A DNA stretch of 64,000 bases from Planctomycetota bacterium (GTDB lineage Bacteria; Planctomycetota; UBA11346): positions 57,109 to 121,108 of the forward strand of contig JBBRLJ010000010.1 of assembly GCA_038231435.1 (NCBI GenBank), written 5' to 3'. The notes beneath the pieces were generated by a model. The model made no database searches and was not told where the DNA came from. It saw only the letters and a list, made by a program, of their open reading frames with translations. The position numbers and the translations under genes were made by a program. This document shows, in pieces, positions 41,604 to 52,325 of the stretch (positions are counted from its first letter, which is position 1; each line of letters starts with the position of its first letter).

Positions 41604-42029
41604 ATGCGTTACATCCTCGCCTGCGCCGCGATCGCCTCCCTGTACCTCGCCACTGGTTGCGATGATCGCCGCCAGAACATGGCCGTGGTGCCTGACCGCG
41701 AAGGCCACGCCTACTACGCCGAAGGCGGCACGCCTCCGATCGGCAACAAGCCACAGGCCGGAGAAGGCGAGCAGTACCACACCCTGCAGCCGGGCGAAAC
41801 GCTCGCCAGCGTGGCGCGCAAGTACAACATCGATCTCGGCTGGCTCATCAAGCGCAACGACATCCAGGACGAGTCCAAGGTGAAGCCGGGCATGCAGCTG
41901 ATCGTGCCGCGCATCCAGATGGCTACCGCCATGCCCCAGCAGCCCGTGCAGCAGCAGCCGCAGCCAGCCCAGCGCCCGTTGGCTCCGCAGCCGAAGCCGG
42001 CTCCGGTCGCGCCGAAAAAGAAGCACTGA
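41604..42029 (+). CDS. LysM domain lipoprotein
   Basis: Lipobox ATG-C; YHTLQPGETLASVARKYNI..L...N.I......PGMQLIVP; Q/P-rich tail. Confidence 0.9.
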   Translation: MRYILACAAIASLYLATGCDDRRQNMAVVPDREGHAYYAEGGTPPIGNKPQAGEGEQYHTLQPGETLASVARKYNIDLGWLIKRNDIQDESKVKPGMQLIVPRIQMATAMPQQPVQQQPQPAQRPLAPQPKPAPVAPKKKH

Positions 42030-42107
42030 TCATTCTCCCGCCGCGCTCGGCGCGTCACCGACCCGGTGGGTTTCCCGCCGGGTCGTTCCATGTCCGGACT
42101 CCGACCG

Positions 42108-42704
42108 ATGAGCCCACGCCGCCTGTTACTCGCCACCGGTAACCAGAAGAAGCTGCGCGAGCTGCGCGAAATCCTCGTGCCGCTCGGCTTCACAGTGCTG
42201 GCGCCAGCCGACATCGGCTACGATCCCGATGTCCTCGAGGATGGGACCACCTTCGAAGCGAACGCCATCAAGAAGGCCGAGGCGGGCCTGCGCGCCACCG
42301 GCGAGTGGACGATCGCCGACGATTCGGGAATCGAGGCGCGCGCGTTGGATTGGCGTCCAGGCGTGTACAGCGCCCGCTACGCGGGCGAGCCATGCGACGA
42401 CGAAGCCAACAACCGCAAGCTCATCGAGGAGCTCGCGCCGCATTCCGATCGCCACGTCCGCTATCGCTGCGTCATCGCGCTCGCTCGGCCCAGGGAGCCC
42501 ACGCTCACCTGGAGCGGGACTTTCGCAGGAGAGCACATCGCGACCAGGCGCGGCGCAGGCGGTTTCGGCTACGATCCCTACGTGCTGGTGCCTGACCTCG
42601 GCAAAACGGTGGCGGAGCTCGGAGCCGAGGAGAAGCATGCCCGCAGCCATCGCGGGCAAGCCTTGCGCGGCTTTGTCACCTGGCTGGGGAGCCAAGAGTC
42701 CTGA
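42108..42704 (+). CDS. rdgB: Non-canonical purine NTP pyrophosphatase (HAM1/RdgB)
   Basis: ATGNQKKLRE, E.G.TF..NA.KKA, ADDSG, PGVYSARY, GFGYDP, SHRG. Confidence 0.95.
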   Translation: MSPRRLLLATGNQKKLRELREILVPLGFTVLAPADIGYDPDVLEDGTTFEANAIKKAEAGLRATGEWTIADDSGIEARALDWRPGVYSARYAGEPCDDEANNRKLIEELAPHSDRHVRYRCVIALARPREPTLTWSGTFAGEHIATRRGAGGFGYDPYVLVPDLGKTVAELGAEEKHARSHRGQALRGFVTWLGSQES

Positions 42705-42894
42705 TGACCGATCGTAGACCGGGCGCCCCGTGGCCCGGAACGTGGGATCATGGCCACGAGCACCCGAGATTTAGCACTGGTTAAAGAGGTTGAAGCAGGT
42801 GCATCACAGGGCGATTTGCCTGCCTAAACAACTCATACAGATGGTTCTGTACGTCCAACGTCGAGTAGGGATGATACGAGGTGAGGGAGGTACC

Positions 42895-43317
42895 ATGTAC
42901 CGCATTACCCGGACCATCGATCTCTCTGATCCCTCCGCCACGCTGCGAGTAAGCGCCACCGACGTCTCACACGTGCATGTCATCCATCAGCTCGGCGGAC
43001 ACGGCTTGTTCGTCGTGATCACCCTGCGCAATCACCAGGCGGCGCTGATTCCCCATGGCCGTCTCAGCCTCGATGGAGAGGCAGATGGTCTGCGCGCCTG
43101 TGAGTCGTTCAGGAGATGGCTACGGGCCCAGGGGATCCCGCTTGGGTCGGCGAGCCTCAAGTATGCGACCCCTGAGGCCTACGCAGACATGGTGGCGGCC
43201 CGCGCGTTCGCGGTGACGTGTCTCGCGAGTGCCCACCACGATCCCGAGCTCGAAGCCCGATTCCACGACTGGCAGGCGAATCGGCCGGTGAGAGCGCCGC
43301 TCATCCGCACCGCCTGA
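42895..43317 (+). CDS. Hypothetical protein (140 aa)
   Basis: Strong GGAGG RBS before ATG 42895; fills the gap between rdgB and the DUF4139 genes; no recognised family. Confidence 0.65.
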   Translation: MYRITRTIDLSDPSATLRVSATDVSHVHVIHQLGGHGLFVVITLRNHQAALIPHGRLSLDGEADGLRACESFRRWLRAQGIPLGSASLKYATPEAYADMVAARAFAVTCLASAHHDPELEARFHDWQANRPVRAPLIRTA

Positions 43318-43485
43318 TACGTCCGCTCCCATCTCGTTGTTCATCGCCTCGTTTCGATCGCCGCGTATCGCGGCAGGATCGAGCGACGAGCTTCCTCGCG
43401 CAACATGAGCGCAACACTCGCGCATCATCTGCCGAGCTTGACTGTCGGCCTTGGCATGCGTCTGCTGGGCGTGCAGGGGGAACGC

Positions 43486-45666
43486 ATGACCGTGCCGATT
43501 CTGATCTCTCGCATCTCCGCGGTGACGGTGTTCACCTCGGGCGCGCTCGTCACCCGTGCGGCGGATCTGGCTTCGCTGTCCGCGCGTCCGGAGCGGGTAC
43601 GGATGACCGGCCTGCCGCTGTGTCTCGACGACGCGTCGCTGCGCGTGCGGATCGAAGGGGGTGCCGCCATTGCCGGCGACCTCGCCATCGCGCTTGAGCC
43701 CGCTGACGCGGATGTGTCGCTGCCGCCGCCAGAGGACGCGGCGCTCCTGTCGGCGCTGCGATCCGAGGCCCGGGCCCGGGTCGGTCTCGAACTCTGCGAA
43801 AACCGATTGTCGCAGCTCGAGAACCTGGTCATCCCCGAACGTCCACGTGCGGTGCGCGGTTCTCCGCCGCCGTCCTCGCCGACCGGGGCGAGGCTCGCGC
43901 TCCTGGCCTTCCGCCGCGCGGAATCCGAACGCCTGATCCTCGAGCGTGAACGCTTGCGCGAGGAGCTGCGTCTGGAATCCGAGCGACTCGCCGATCTGGT
44001 GGCGAAAGCCGAGTTGGCCTCGTCGGCGCGGCAATCGCGCGAGCACCAGTTGCGCAAATCGGCGGTGGTGTCCTTGCGCTGGCCGGCCGGAGCGCCGGCA
44101 GCGGGTATGCTGCTGATCGACTACCTGGTGCCCGGCGCGCGCTGGGCGCCCAGCTACACCATCCGCTTCGATCGCGCCATGGCCGCGGCATCGATCCAGG
44201 TGCGGGGCTCGGTCGTGCAGCGCAGTGGCGAGAACTGGGACGCGGTCAAACTCACCCTGTCCACCGCCGATGCGATGGCCTGGCACGAGCTGCCGGAACT
44301 CGCGAGCCTGCGTATCGGCCGTCGCCAGCCGTCTCCGCGCAAACCGGGATGGCGTGAGCCGCCGCGTGGGGCCGATTCACTATATGCCGATTTCGACGCG
44401 GCCATCGCACGCGAGATGCCGAGGCAGCAGAGCGAGAAGCTCGAGAGTGGCGAGCGGATGAAAGTGGGTGGATTCGGTGCGGCGAAGCCCAAACCAGCGA
44501 AGAAGTCCGCGCCGATGCCGCAGCCGAGTCTCGGGTCGGTGGCATCGTACCGGGATGCGCCCGCGCCTCCTCCGGCACCGGCTCCCGCACCCGCGCGCTC
44601 CGCGGCGCCTGCTGGCGCCATGGCCAAGTCACGCCGGGCCAGAGCCGACCTCGACAAGGATGATGATGCAGTGAGCAATTCGGCATCGATTATCGCCGAG
44701 TCGCGCGCCGGGTACGCGGGCGGTGAGAAGGCGGAGCACGAGGAATCCGCGCCGGCTCCCATGGAAGCGGACCGCCCCGCCGATCGTCCAGCCGACGACC
44801 TGCTCGCCTACCGCAGGCTGCGGCTTGCGCCGCCCGAGCATGGCGGACGCGGTCGACTCACCCCGTTGTCGGCCTCCGACGCCTACGCGGCGGTGATCAC
44901 CGAGCAGCGCATCGTGATCACCATCGAGGTCGAGCAGGTCGTCGCGATGGCCATGGCCACGGCGAACGAGGCCGAATACGTCGCCCTGCCGCAGGGTTGC
45001 CGCATCCCATCCACGCCGCAATTCGCCTACGCCTATCCTGTCGAGGCTCCGGCGAGTGTTCCATCCGACGGTGCCTGGCACGCGGTGCCGCTGGGCGAGC
45101 GTCCGGCTCCCACCAAGCTCGAGCACGTGGTGGTGCCGCGCGAAAGCCGCGAGGTATTCCGCGTGGCGCAGCTGGCGAATCCGTTCGAGGTGCCGCTGCT
45201 CGATGGCCCCGCCGACGTCTACGCCGCCGAGGATTACCTCATGACCGCCGAGGTCGGCGTCACCGTGCCGGGCGGTTCCCTGGCGCTCGGCCTGGGTGTC
45301 GAGCAGGGGGTGAGCGTGGCGCGCAACACCTCGTACGAGGAGGAGTCGGCGGGCATGCTCGGCGGGTCGCTGGCGTTGACCCACCGCATCGCCATCAGCA
45401 TCGCCAACAAGCTGCGCGCTCCGGTCGCGCTCGAGGTGCGTGAACGCCTGCCGGTGCCGACGCCAGGCGTCGACGACTGCAAGATCAAGGTGGTCCAGGT
45501 CGCGCCCGCGTGGGAGGATTATCGCCAGGAAGGGCAGCATCTCGACGGTGGTCATCGCTGGCGCGTGCAGCTGGCGGCCGGCGCCGCCCAGGAGCTTACC
45601 GCCGTGTACACCGTGGTTATCCCATCCAAATCCGAGATCGCCGGCGGCAACCGGCGCGAGGAATGA
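43486..45666 (+). CDS. DUF4140/DUF4139 protein
   Basis: ISAVTVFTSGALVTR..LDDASLRV; YLVPGARWAPSY..QRSGENW..LTLSTA; VPSDG; LLDGP; EVRERLP. Confidence 0.88.
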   Translation: MTVPILISRISAVTVFTSGALVTRAADLASLSARPERVRMTGLPLCLDDASLRVRIEGGAAIAGDLAIALEPADADVSLPPPEDAALLSALRSEARARVGLELCENRLSQLENLVIPERPRAVRGSPPPSSPTGARLALLAFRRAESERLILERERLREELRLESERLADLVAKAELASSARQSREHQLRKSAVVSLRWPAGAPAAGMLLIDYLVPGARWAPSYTIRFDRAMAAASIQVRGSVVQRSGENWDAVKLTLSTADAMAWHELPELASLRIGRRQPSPRKPGWREPPRGADSLYADFDAAIAREMPRQQSEKLESGERMKVGGFGAAKPKPAKKSAPMPQPSLGSVASYRDAPAPPPAPAPAPARSAAPAGAMAKSRRARADLDKDDDAVSNSASIIAESRAGYAGGEKAEHEESAPAPMEADRPADRPADDLLAYRRLRLAPPEHGGRGRLTPLSASDAYAAVITEQRIVITIEVEQVVAMAMATANEAEYVALPQGCRIPSTPQFAYAYPVEAPASVPSDGAWHAVPLGERPAPTKLEHVVVPRESREVFRVAQLANPFEVPLLDGPADVYAAEDYLMTAEVGVTVPGGSLALGLGVEQGVSVARNTSYEEESAGMLGGSLALTHRIAISIANKLRAPVALEVRERLPVPTPGVDDCKIKVVQVAPAWEDYRQEGQHLDGGHRWRVQLAAGAAQELTAVYTVVIPSKSEIAGGNRREE

Positions 45667-47240
45667 CCATGCCACCCAAGACCCCGCCAGCCATCGCCGC
45701 CGCGGCGATCGATGTCATCGCGCCCGTCACCGAGGTCACGGTGCTCGAGGATCGCGCCCACGTGGTGCGTTCGGGCCGCGTAAAGCTGCCGGTTGGCGCC
45801 TCGACCGTGCGCGTATCCGGAGTCGCGCCGGTGCTCAGCGACAAGACCGCCATCGCCACGGTTACCGGCGCCCGTGTGGGCGCGCTGCGGGTGGTGCGCC
45901 AGCGGGTCATCGCCAGCGCCGACCAGCCCGCCTCCATCGCCGCGCTGATCGCGCAGCAGCGGCCGCTCGAGCGCGAGCGCGAGCGCGGCGCCGAGGAACT
46001 GCGCCTGACCGGTGTCGAGCTCGAGCAGCTCGGCCAGGTGCTGTCCAACACCATCGCCGAGATCGGCGAGGACGCGGCGTGGGCCAAGGACGCCACCCAG
46101 GAATGGAAGTCGAGCCTCGACCGCATCGCCGACCGCGAGCGCGAGCTGCGGCTACGCTCCGTCGAACTCGAGATCAGCCTCCAAGACGCCGAGCGGATCA
46201 TCGGCGATCTCCAGCAGCGCATCGACGCCGCCTCGGGAGTCCATGCGTCCATGTCCGCGATCGTCGTGTGCGACGTCCATGCCGAGGCGGCGGGCGAACA
46301 GGAATTCCGCCTCGCGTACATCGTACCCGGCGCGTGCTGGCGGCCCTACCACTCGGCTCGGCTGAGCGAGGAAGCAGGCAAGGCACAGGTCGAATTCTCG
46401 TGCGACGCCTCGGTGTGGCAGAATACCGGCGAGGACTGGAACGCCGTCGCGCTGCGCTGCTCGACCGAGCGCGCCAGCCTCGGAACCGCTCCGCCGCTGC
46501 TCGCGAGCGATCAGTTGTCGCTCAAGCGCAAGGAACAGGCGATCACCGTCGATGTGCGCGAGCAGGCAGTGCAGACCACCGGTGGCGAGGCCGGGGCTCC
46601 GGCTGCCGAGGTGATGGGCATCGATGACGGCGGCGAGACCAGGTTGCTGTCGTGCCAGGGGCCGGCGACCATCCCATCCGATGGCATGTCCCACCGCATG
46701 CCGCTCTTCCAGTTCTCTGCCCCGGTCGAGTCGACGCTGACGGTGATTGGCGAACTGGCGCCAGCAGCCATCCTGCGCACCGGCCAGGCCAACACGGCGA
46801 GCCAGCCGCTGCTCGCCGGACCGGTCGATCTCATCCGTCGCGGAGGTCTGGCCGGGCGCAGCAAGATACTTTACGTCGCTCCCGGAGCGCGCTTCGATCT
46901 CGGCTGGGGTCCCGACGGCGACATCCGCATCCACCGCTCGGTCCATGCCCAGCCCGAGAAGGGCGGCATGATGTCGAGCTGGACGTCGACACTGCATCAT
47001 GTGGATCTCAATCTGAGCAATCTCTCCAGCGAAGCGCGCACCGTCGAGGTGACCGAGCGCGTTCCGGTGTCCTCGCTCGACCAGGTGGTGATCGAGGTCG
47101 ATCAGACGCTCACCCAGCCCGCCGCGAAAGCCGATGAGAACGGCTTCGTGCGTTGGATCGTCGCGCTTCCGGCGCGCGGGCATGCGCGGATCGCGCTGCG
47201 CTACCGCATGCGCAAGCACCCCGACGTCGCGGGCGTGTGA
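45663..47240 (+). CDS. DUF4140/DUF4139 protein
   Basis: VTEVTVLEDRAHVVR; WRPYH..QNTGEDW..STER; IPSDG; LLAGP; EVTERVPVS; ATGA overlap with the upstream paralog. Confidence 0.88.
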   Translation: MTMPPKTPPAIAAAAIDVIAPVTEVTVLEDRAHVVRSGRVKLPVGASTVRVSGVAPVLSDKTAIATVTGARVGALRVVRQRVIASADQPASIAALIAQQRPLERERERGAEELRLTGVELEQLGQVLSNTIAEIGEDAAWAKDATQEWKSSLDRIADRERELRLRSVELEISLQDAERIIGDLQQRIDAASGVHASMSAIVVCDVHAEAAGEQEFRLAYIVPGACWRPYHSARLSEEAGKAQVEFSCDASVWQNTGEDWNAVALRCSTERASLGTAPPLLASDQLSLKRKEQAITVDVREQAVQTTGGEAGAPAAEVMGIDDGGETRLLSCQGPATIPSDGMSHRMPLFQFSAPVESTLTVIGELAPAAILRTGQANTASQPLLAGPVDLIRRGGLAGRSKILYVAPGARFDLGWGPDGDIRIHRSVHAQPEKGGMMSSWTSTLHHVDLNLSNLSSEARTVEVTERVPVSSLDQVVIEVDQTLTQPAAKADENGFVRWIVALPARGHARIALRYRMRKHPDVAGV

Positions 47241-49285
47241 TGGCCGAGGCAACTCGCCACCATGACTGCTACGCGCGCTGGTCCGATACCGAACTGCTGT
47301 TAGGCAACGACCGCATCGAGCGCTCGTGGCGCATCGAGAATGGCGCGCTTTATGCAGTGTCGCTGCGCGACAAGGCGAGCGGGCGGGAATGGCTGCGCAA
47401 GACCACAGCCCGCGCGTCGCTGGTCCCGTCGGGAGCGGCGCTCGCTGGCGGCGGGGCGGTCGAGCTGTCCGCCGGCGCGGCTCCATCCGTGGTCGGCGTC
47501 GAGCCGTTGGTCGTGCGCATGATCTCCCGCGATGGCGCCCGCACGCTGCAGCTCATCGTGACCATCCACCCGCGCTCGCCGGCGATCACCCTGCAGCTCA
47601 TCGTGATGGAGGGGGTGGGAGAGATGACGGTGGATGCGGAAGGGCCGCAGCGGGGAGCGATCATCGACGATCGGCCAGCCGCGGGAGCCAAGGAGCTGCG
47701 CGCGCTGCCCGACTCGGACGTGATCGAGGCGCTCGAGATCTCGCCCCTGCACCTGACGCTCACCGCGGTCGATCTGCGCGAAGCGACCGATGTCCATCAG
47801 AACCTGGTGTCCGAGGAGCGTTGGCTGCTGCATCCGAGCGAAGCGATCGCGGTGTCGGGCAATCTCTTCTCGCTGCAGGACAATCTCACCGGCCATGGCC
47901 TGGCGATGCTCAAGCACGCGCCATTGCCGTATGCTCGGCCCGTGGGCTGCGCCGCCGACCTGTATCTGCGCGGCGGCACCTGCGTGCTCGCCGGCCACGG
48001 CCTCGACGGGTCGGGCGGCGAGGGCTACGCGAGCACCATCCTGGTCTACGCGCACGGGGACGCCGAACGCACGGCCGAACTGCACGCATTCCAGCGCCGA
48101 CAGCGGACGTATGAGCCATCGCGTGACGGGTTGCTGCTCTGCAATACCTGGGGCGACCGCTCGCGCGATGGGCGGATCTCAGAGGTATTCATGCTCCAAG
48201 AGATCGAAGCGGCCGCGCGGCTCGGCGCCGACGTTCTGCAGATCGACGACGGCTGGCAGCAGGGCCTGTCGCAGAACTCGGTGACCAAGGGCGGCGTGTG
48301 GGACGGTTTCTGGGCCGCCGACGCCGATTTCTGGGTGCCGCACAAGGAGCGCTTCCCACGCGGCCTGGCGCCGGTGGTCGCGGCGGCGCGCGCCCGCAAT
48401 CTGCGCTTCGGATTGTGGTACGCGCCAGATTCGAGTGACCACTTCGCCAATTGGCGGCGCGATGCCAACGCCATCCTCGGCCTCCATCGCGAGCTCGGCA
48501 TCGACTATTTCAAGGTCGATGCGGTGAAGATGCGTTCGAAGCGCGGCGAGCGCAACATCGTCAGCTTCTACCATGCGATCCTGGCTGAGTCGGGCGGCAA
48601 AGTGGTGATCGATCAGGACATCACCGACGAGGTCCGGCCCGGGCTCCTTTCGGTGATGGAGGTGGGCCCGGTGTTCGTCGAGAACCGCTACAGCGACTGG
48701 GGAAGCTACTTCCCGCACGCGACGCTGCGCAACCTGTGGATGCTCTCGCGCCACATTGATCCCGTGCGCCTGCGCATGGAATTCCTCAACAACGCCCGCA
48801 ACGCCGACAAGTATCCCGGCGATCCGCTCGCGCCCGCGCGCTACGCTCCGGCGTACCTGTTCGCCACTGTGATGTTCAGCAATCCCCTCGGCTGGTTCGA
48901 GGTCTCCAACCTACCCGAGGCCTATATCGACGAGGTCGCGGCGCTGGTCGCGATCTGGAAGCGCCATCGCGCGGCGGTGTTCGCGGGTAGCGTCATCCCC
49001 ATCGGCGATGTCCCCGACGGCGCCAGCTGGACGGGTTTCGCAGCGGTGGCGGCCTACCGCCGCTCAGCCCACGTGCTGGTGTTCCGCGAACTCCATGGCG
49101 ATGACGCACGCGAGCTGCGCATCCCCTTGCTTGTCCAACCGGACAGAGGCGAAAGGTACAGCATCACGCGCATCGCGGGCGAGGGCGAGGCCAGGTGCGT
49201 GGATACGCGACTCGCGGTGACCATTCCACGGCAGCTCGCGTTCGCGTGGTTTCTGGTCGAGACGGCAGGCGGGAGATCACGGTAG
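47240..49285 (+). CDS. Alpha-galactosidase-like glycoside hydrolase (GH36/clan D)
   Basis: CNTWG, QIDDGW, RFPRGL, FGLW, YFKVD; TGATG coupling to the upstream gene. Confidence 0.82.
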   Translation: MAEATRHHDCYARWSDTELLLGNDRIERSWRIENGALYAVSLRDKASGREWLRKTTARASLVPSGAALAGGGAVELSAGAAPSVVGVEPLVVRMISRDGARTLQLIVTIHPRSPAITLQLIVMEGVGEMTVDAEGPQRGAIIDDRPAAGAKELRALPDSDVIEALEISPLHLTLTAVDLREATDVHQNLVSEERWLLHPSEAIAVSGNLFSLQDNLTGHGLAMLKHAPLPYARPVGCAADLYLRGGTCVLAGHGLDGSGGEGYASTILVYAHGDAERTAELHAFQRRQRTYEPSRDGLLLCNTWGDRSRDGRISEVFMLQEIEAAARLGADVLQIDDGWQQGLSQNSVTKGGVWDGFWAADADFWVPHKERFPRGLAPVVAAARARNLRFGLWYAPDSSDHFANWRRDANAILGLHRELGIDYFKVDAVKMRSKRGERNIVSFYHAILAESGGKVVIDQDITDEVRPGLLSVMEVGPVFVENRYSDWGSYFPHATLRNLWMLSRHIDPVRLRMEFLNNARNADKYPGDPLAPARYAPAYLFATVMFSNPLGWFEVSNLPEAYIDEVAALVAIWKRHRAAVFAGSVIPIGDVPDGASWTGFAAVAAYRRSAHVLVFRELHGDDARELRIPLLVQPDRGERYSITRIAGEGEARCVDTRLAVTIPRQLAFAWFLVETAGGRSR

Positions 49286-49370
49286 GCCGGATAGACCGGT
49301 CATCATCCTGTCAGCCTCGCTCTTCCCCATCCCCCTGTCCGTTCCGTCCTCCTCCGCTAGCCTGGTCTCC

Positions 49371-50600
49371 ATGCGCACCCGCACGCGCGTGCTGACCAGC
49401 TTCGTCACGGTCTATATCCTGCTCTCGGTCACCACCGGGTGGCTGGTATGGAGGTGGCTCGACGCGTCCATGCGCGCGCAAGCCGAGGCCAGCGCCACCT
49501 CGATCGGCAGGGTGATCGCGCGCGGTGGATTCGCGCTCAACGACAAGGTCATGGCGCGCATGCGCGAACTCACCGAGCACGATTTCCGCGTGCTGTCTTC
49601 TCCCGAGCCGGTGCGGTCGGGCACCGTGCAGGTCGACGAGGGCGGCACCATCGTCGAGGTCGACTACCGCACCAACGCCTATCGGCAGACCTCGCGCCAG
49701 GTGCTGTTGGGCACGCTCGCCGTGGTCACCGCCGGATCGCTGGTGTTCGGCCTGGTGGCGCTGTGGCTGGCGGCGCACTTCGCCCGCCCACTCGAGCAGC
49801 TGGCCGGCGCCGCTCGCACCATCGCCACCGGCGATCTCGAGCCGGCCGTGCCCGGCGTCGGTTCGGGCGAGGTCTTGGAGTTGGCGCGCGAGCTCGAACA
49901 CATGCGCGAACGGCTTCGCGATCTCGATCGGCAACACCGCCAGGCCGAACGGCTGCGCACCCTCGGGACCTTCACCGCGACCATCGCCCACGAGGTACGC
50001 AATCCGCTGTCGGCGGTCCGCCTGACCGTGCAGATGCTCTTCCGCCGTATGCCGCAGGAGCAGAGCCTGTCGCTCATCACCGAGGAGCTCGAGCGACTCG
50101 ATCTGATCGTCGACGAGCTGCTCGGATTCTCGAAAGGCATGAGCGTGCGCCCAGAGGCCTGCGACCTGCGCGTCATCGCCGATCAGGTGGTGCGTCTGCT
50201 CGCCCGACAGGCCGAGCACGCCGGAGTCTCGATCTCGGTCAGCGGTGCCGGCACCGCCTCGGCCGATCCGGCCCGCATGCGCCAGTTGCTGATGAACCTG
50301 CTATTGAACGCGATCCAGGCCCAGCACGGCGGCGGTGCCACGCGCGTGATCGTCACGCCCAACGGGCTCGCGGTGGAAGACGACGGTCCGGGAGTTCCGC
50401 CGGAACAGATCCCGTCCTTGTTCGAGGCCTTTGCCAGTGGCCGCCAGGAAGGTACGGGGCTCGGCCTGCATCTTGCCCGCGCGATCGCCGAGGCGCACGG
50501 TGCGTCGTTGCGGCATGTGCGTCCAGCGGTGGGCGGTGCGAGGTTTGAACTCGTGGGGTTGGCGGGGAAGGGGCCGGAAAGACCAGAGGCCAGAGGCTAG
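49371..50600 (+). CDS. HAMP-domain sensor histidine kinase
   Basis: Two TMs, HAMP, AHEVRNPL, NLLLNA, DDGPG, GTGLGL. Confidence 0.93.
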   Translation: MRTRTRVLTSFVTVYILLSVTTGWLVWRWLDASMRAQAEASATSIGRVIARGGFALNDKVMARMRELTEHDFRVLSSPEPVRSGTVQVDEGGTIVEVDYRTNAYRQTSRQVLLGTLAVVTAGSLVFGLVALWLAAHFARPLEQLAGAARTIATGDLEPAVPGVGSGEVLELARELEHMRERLRDLDRQHRQAERLRTLGTFTATIAHEVRNPLSAVRLTVQMLFRRMPQEQSLSLITEELERLDLIVDELLGFSKGMSVRPEACDLRVIADQVVRLLARQAEHAGVSISVSGAGTASADPARMRQLLMNLLLNAIQAQHGGGATRVIVTPNGLAVEDDGPGVPPEQIPSLFEAFASGRQEGTGLGLHLARAIAEAHGASLRHVRPAVGGARFELVGLAGKGPERPEARG

Positions 50601-50749
50601 AGTTTCTTGTGGGGACAGGCGATTCCCGGTGCGGTGCTGGTTCGGGCACGACTGACATCATCGTGTCGTGATCGTTCCTGGACGGATGAGTGCGACCTCG
50701 TCGTCACGCTCTACTTTCATTCCTCCGTTACCTTCTCCTGCCTCCCATC

Positions 50750-50786
50750 AAAAAAGAAACGGGGCCGGCTTCCTTCGCCGACCCCG
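50750..50786 (-). terminator. Intrinsic terminator of lexA-recA
   Basis: Minus strand CGGGGTCGGC-GAAGGAA-GCCGGCCCCG followed by TTTCTTTTTT. Confidence 0.8.
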
Positions 50787-50892
50787 CCTCCGCAAAACGA
50801 TATTCATGCTGGAAGTGCACACCGAGCGCACGCATCTCGTCACTCCGCCCAACGTGCTTCTGGAGCGCGCAGGGCGTGCAGAGGTCGTCCGC

Positions 50893-52122
50893 CTATTCGG
50901 CCGCGGCGGCCGCGGCTTCGAGCAGGTTGACGCCGCTGGTCTTGATCTTCACGGCGATCTCCTCGCAGATCTTCATGTTGTCCTTGAGGAACTGCTTGGC
51001 GTTCTCACGCCCCTGGCCGAGCTTCGCGCCTTCGTAGGTGAACCAGGCGCCGGATTTGTTCACCACCTTGGCGAGCACCGCCAGGTCGATGACGTCGCCG
51101 GTGTAGCTGATGCCTTCGTTGTACATGATGTCGAATTCGGCCTTGGTGAAGGGCGCGGCAACCTTGTTCTTGACCACCTTGACGCGCGTGCGGTTGCCGA
51201 CGACGCGTTCGCCGTCGGTGATCGAGGTGACGCGGCGGATGTCCAGGCGCAGGCTGGCGGCGAACTTGAGCGCGCGGCCGCCCGGCTGGGTCTCGGGGCT
51301 GCCGAACATGACGCCGATCTTCTCGCGGATCTGGTTGATGAAGATGACGGTGGTGCGCGAGGTGCTGACGGCGCCGGTGAGCTTGCGCATCGCCTTCGAC
51401 ATCATGCGCGCCTGGACGCCGACCTGCGAGTCGTCCATGTCGCCATCGAGTTCGACCTTCGGCACCAGGGCGGCGACCGAGTCGACCACGATCAGGTCGA
51501 CGGCATTCGAGCGCACCAGCAGGTCGGCGATGTCGAGCGCCTGCTCGCCGTAGTTGGGCTGGCTGACCAGCAGATCGTTGAGGTTGACGCCGATCTTCTC
51601 GGCGTAGGTCGGGTCGAGCGCGTGTTCGGCGTCGATGAAGGCGACCACGCCGCCTTCTTTCTGCGCCTTGGCGGTGATCGACAGCGCGAGGGTGGTCTTG
51701 CCGGACGATTCTGGCCCGAAGATCTCGACGATGCGGCCGCGGGGGATGCCGCCGATGCCGATCGCCAGATCGAGACTGAGCGAGCCGGTGGGGATGGCGC
51801 CGACGTCGACCTTCTCGAACTGCCCGAGGCGCATGATCGAGCCCTTGCCGAACACCTTGTCGATCTGCTCCAACGCGGCTTCGAGGGCCTTCTTCTTGGC
51901 GGGGCTGTCGGGATTCACCGTCGATTGCGGCGTGGCGTAGGCAGTGGAGACCGCGGGGGCTATCGGGGCGCCATTGGCCGGCTTGGCCACGGCGATGGTC
52001 GGAGCGGTAGCCGCGGCCATCGCGGCCGGGGATTTCACCGGGGACTTCACGTCCTGGGTGCTCCTGGCATCGGCTCTGGTGTCGGACTTGGTGTCGGGCT
52101 GGGCTGCGGCGGAGGGAGGCAT
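50893..52122 (-). CDS. recA: Recombinase RecA with long N-terminal extension
   Basis: [62 protein letters not shown] before ATG 52122. Confidence 0.97.
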   Translation of the reverse strand: MPPSAAAQPDTKSDTRADARSTQDVKSPVKSPAAMAAATAPTIAVAKPANGAPIAPAVSTAYATPQSTVNPDSPAKKKALEAALEQIDKVFGKGSIMRLGQFEKVDVGAIPTGSLSLDLAIGIGGIPRGRIVEIFGPESSGKTTLALSITAKAQKEGGVVAFIDAEHALDPTYAEKIGVNLNDLLVSQPNYGEQALDIADLLVRSNAVDLIVVDSVAALVPKVELDGDMDDSQVGVQARMMSKAMRKLTGAVSTSRTTVIFINQIREKIGVMFGSPETQPGGRALKFAASLRLDIRRVTSITDGERVVGNRTRVKVVKNKVAAPFTKAEFDIMYNEGISYTGDVIDLAVLAKVVNKSGAWFTYEGAKLGQGRENAKQFLKDNMKICEEIAVKIKTSGVNLLEAAAAAAE

Positions 52123-52325
52123 GGCGGTTCCTTGAGCGTTATCGGTGTGTCTAGCGTGGGTGGGTGGGAAGGTGGTTGGGAGGGGGTCGGGGATGGCTCG
52201 GCTGGGTGCGATCATCGACGTCACGGTTATCCAGGCCGGTGGCACGGGGCCAGCGGCAGGTGGGCGAACGAGGGCGAGGCTTCAGCGAAGGACGGAGCCG
52301 CCGCTGGGCGAGGAATTGCGGGTGG

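Noticed and set aside
42836..42851. E. coli-type SOS box
   Set aside because: The half-sites are in the opposite orientation (TACAG..CTGTA) and do not resemble the palindrome in this genome's lexA promoter.
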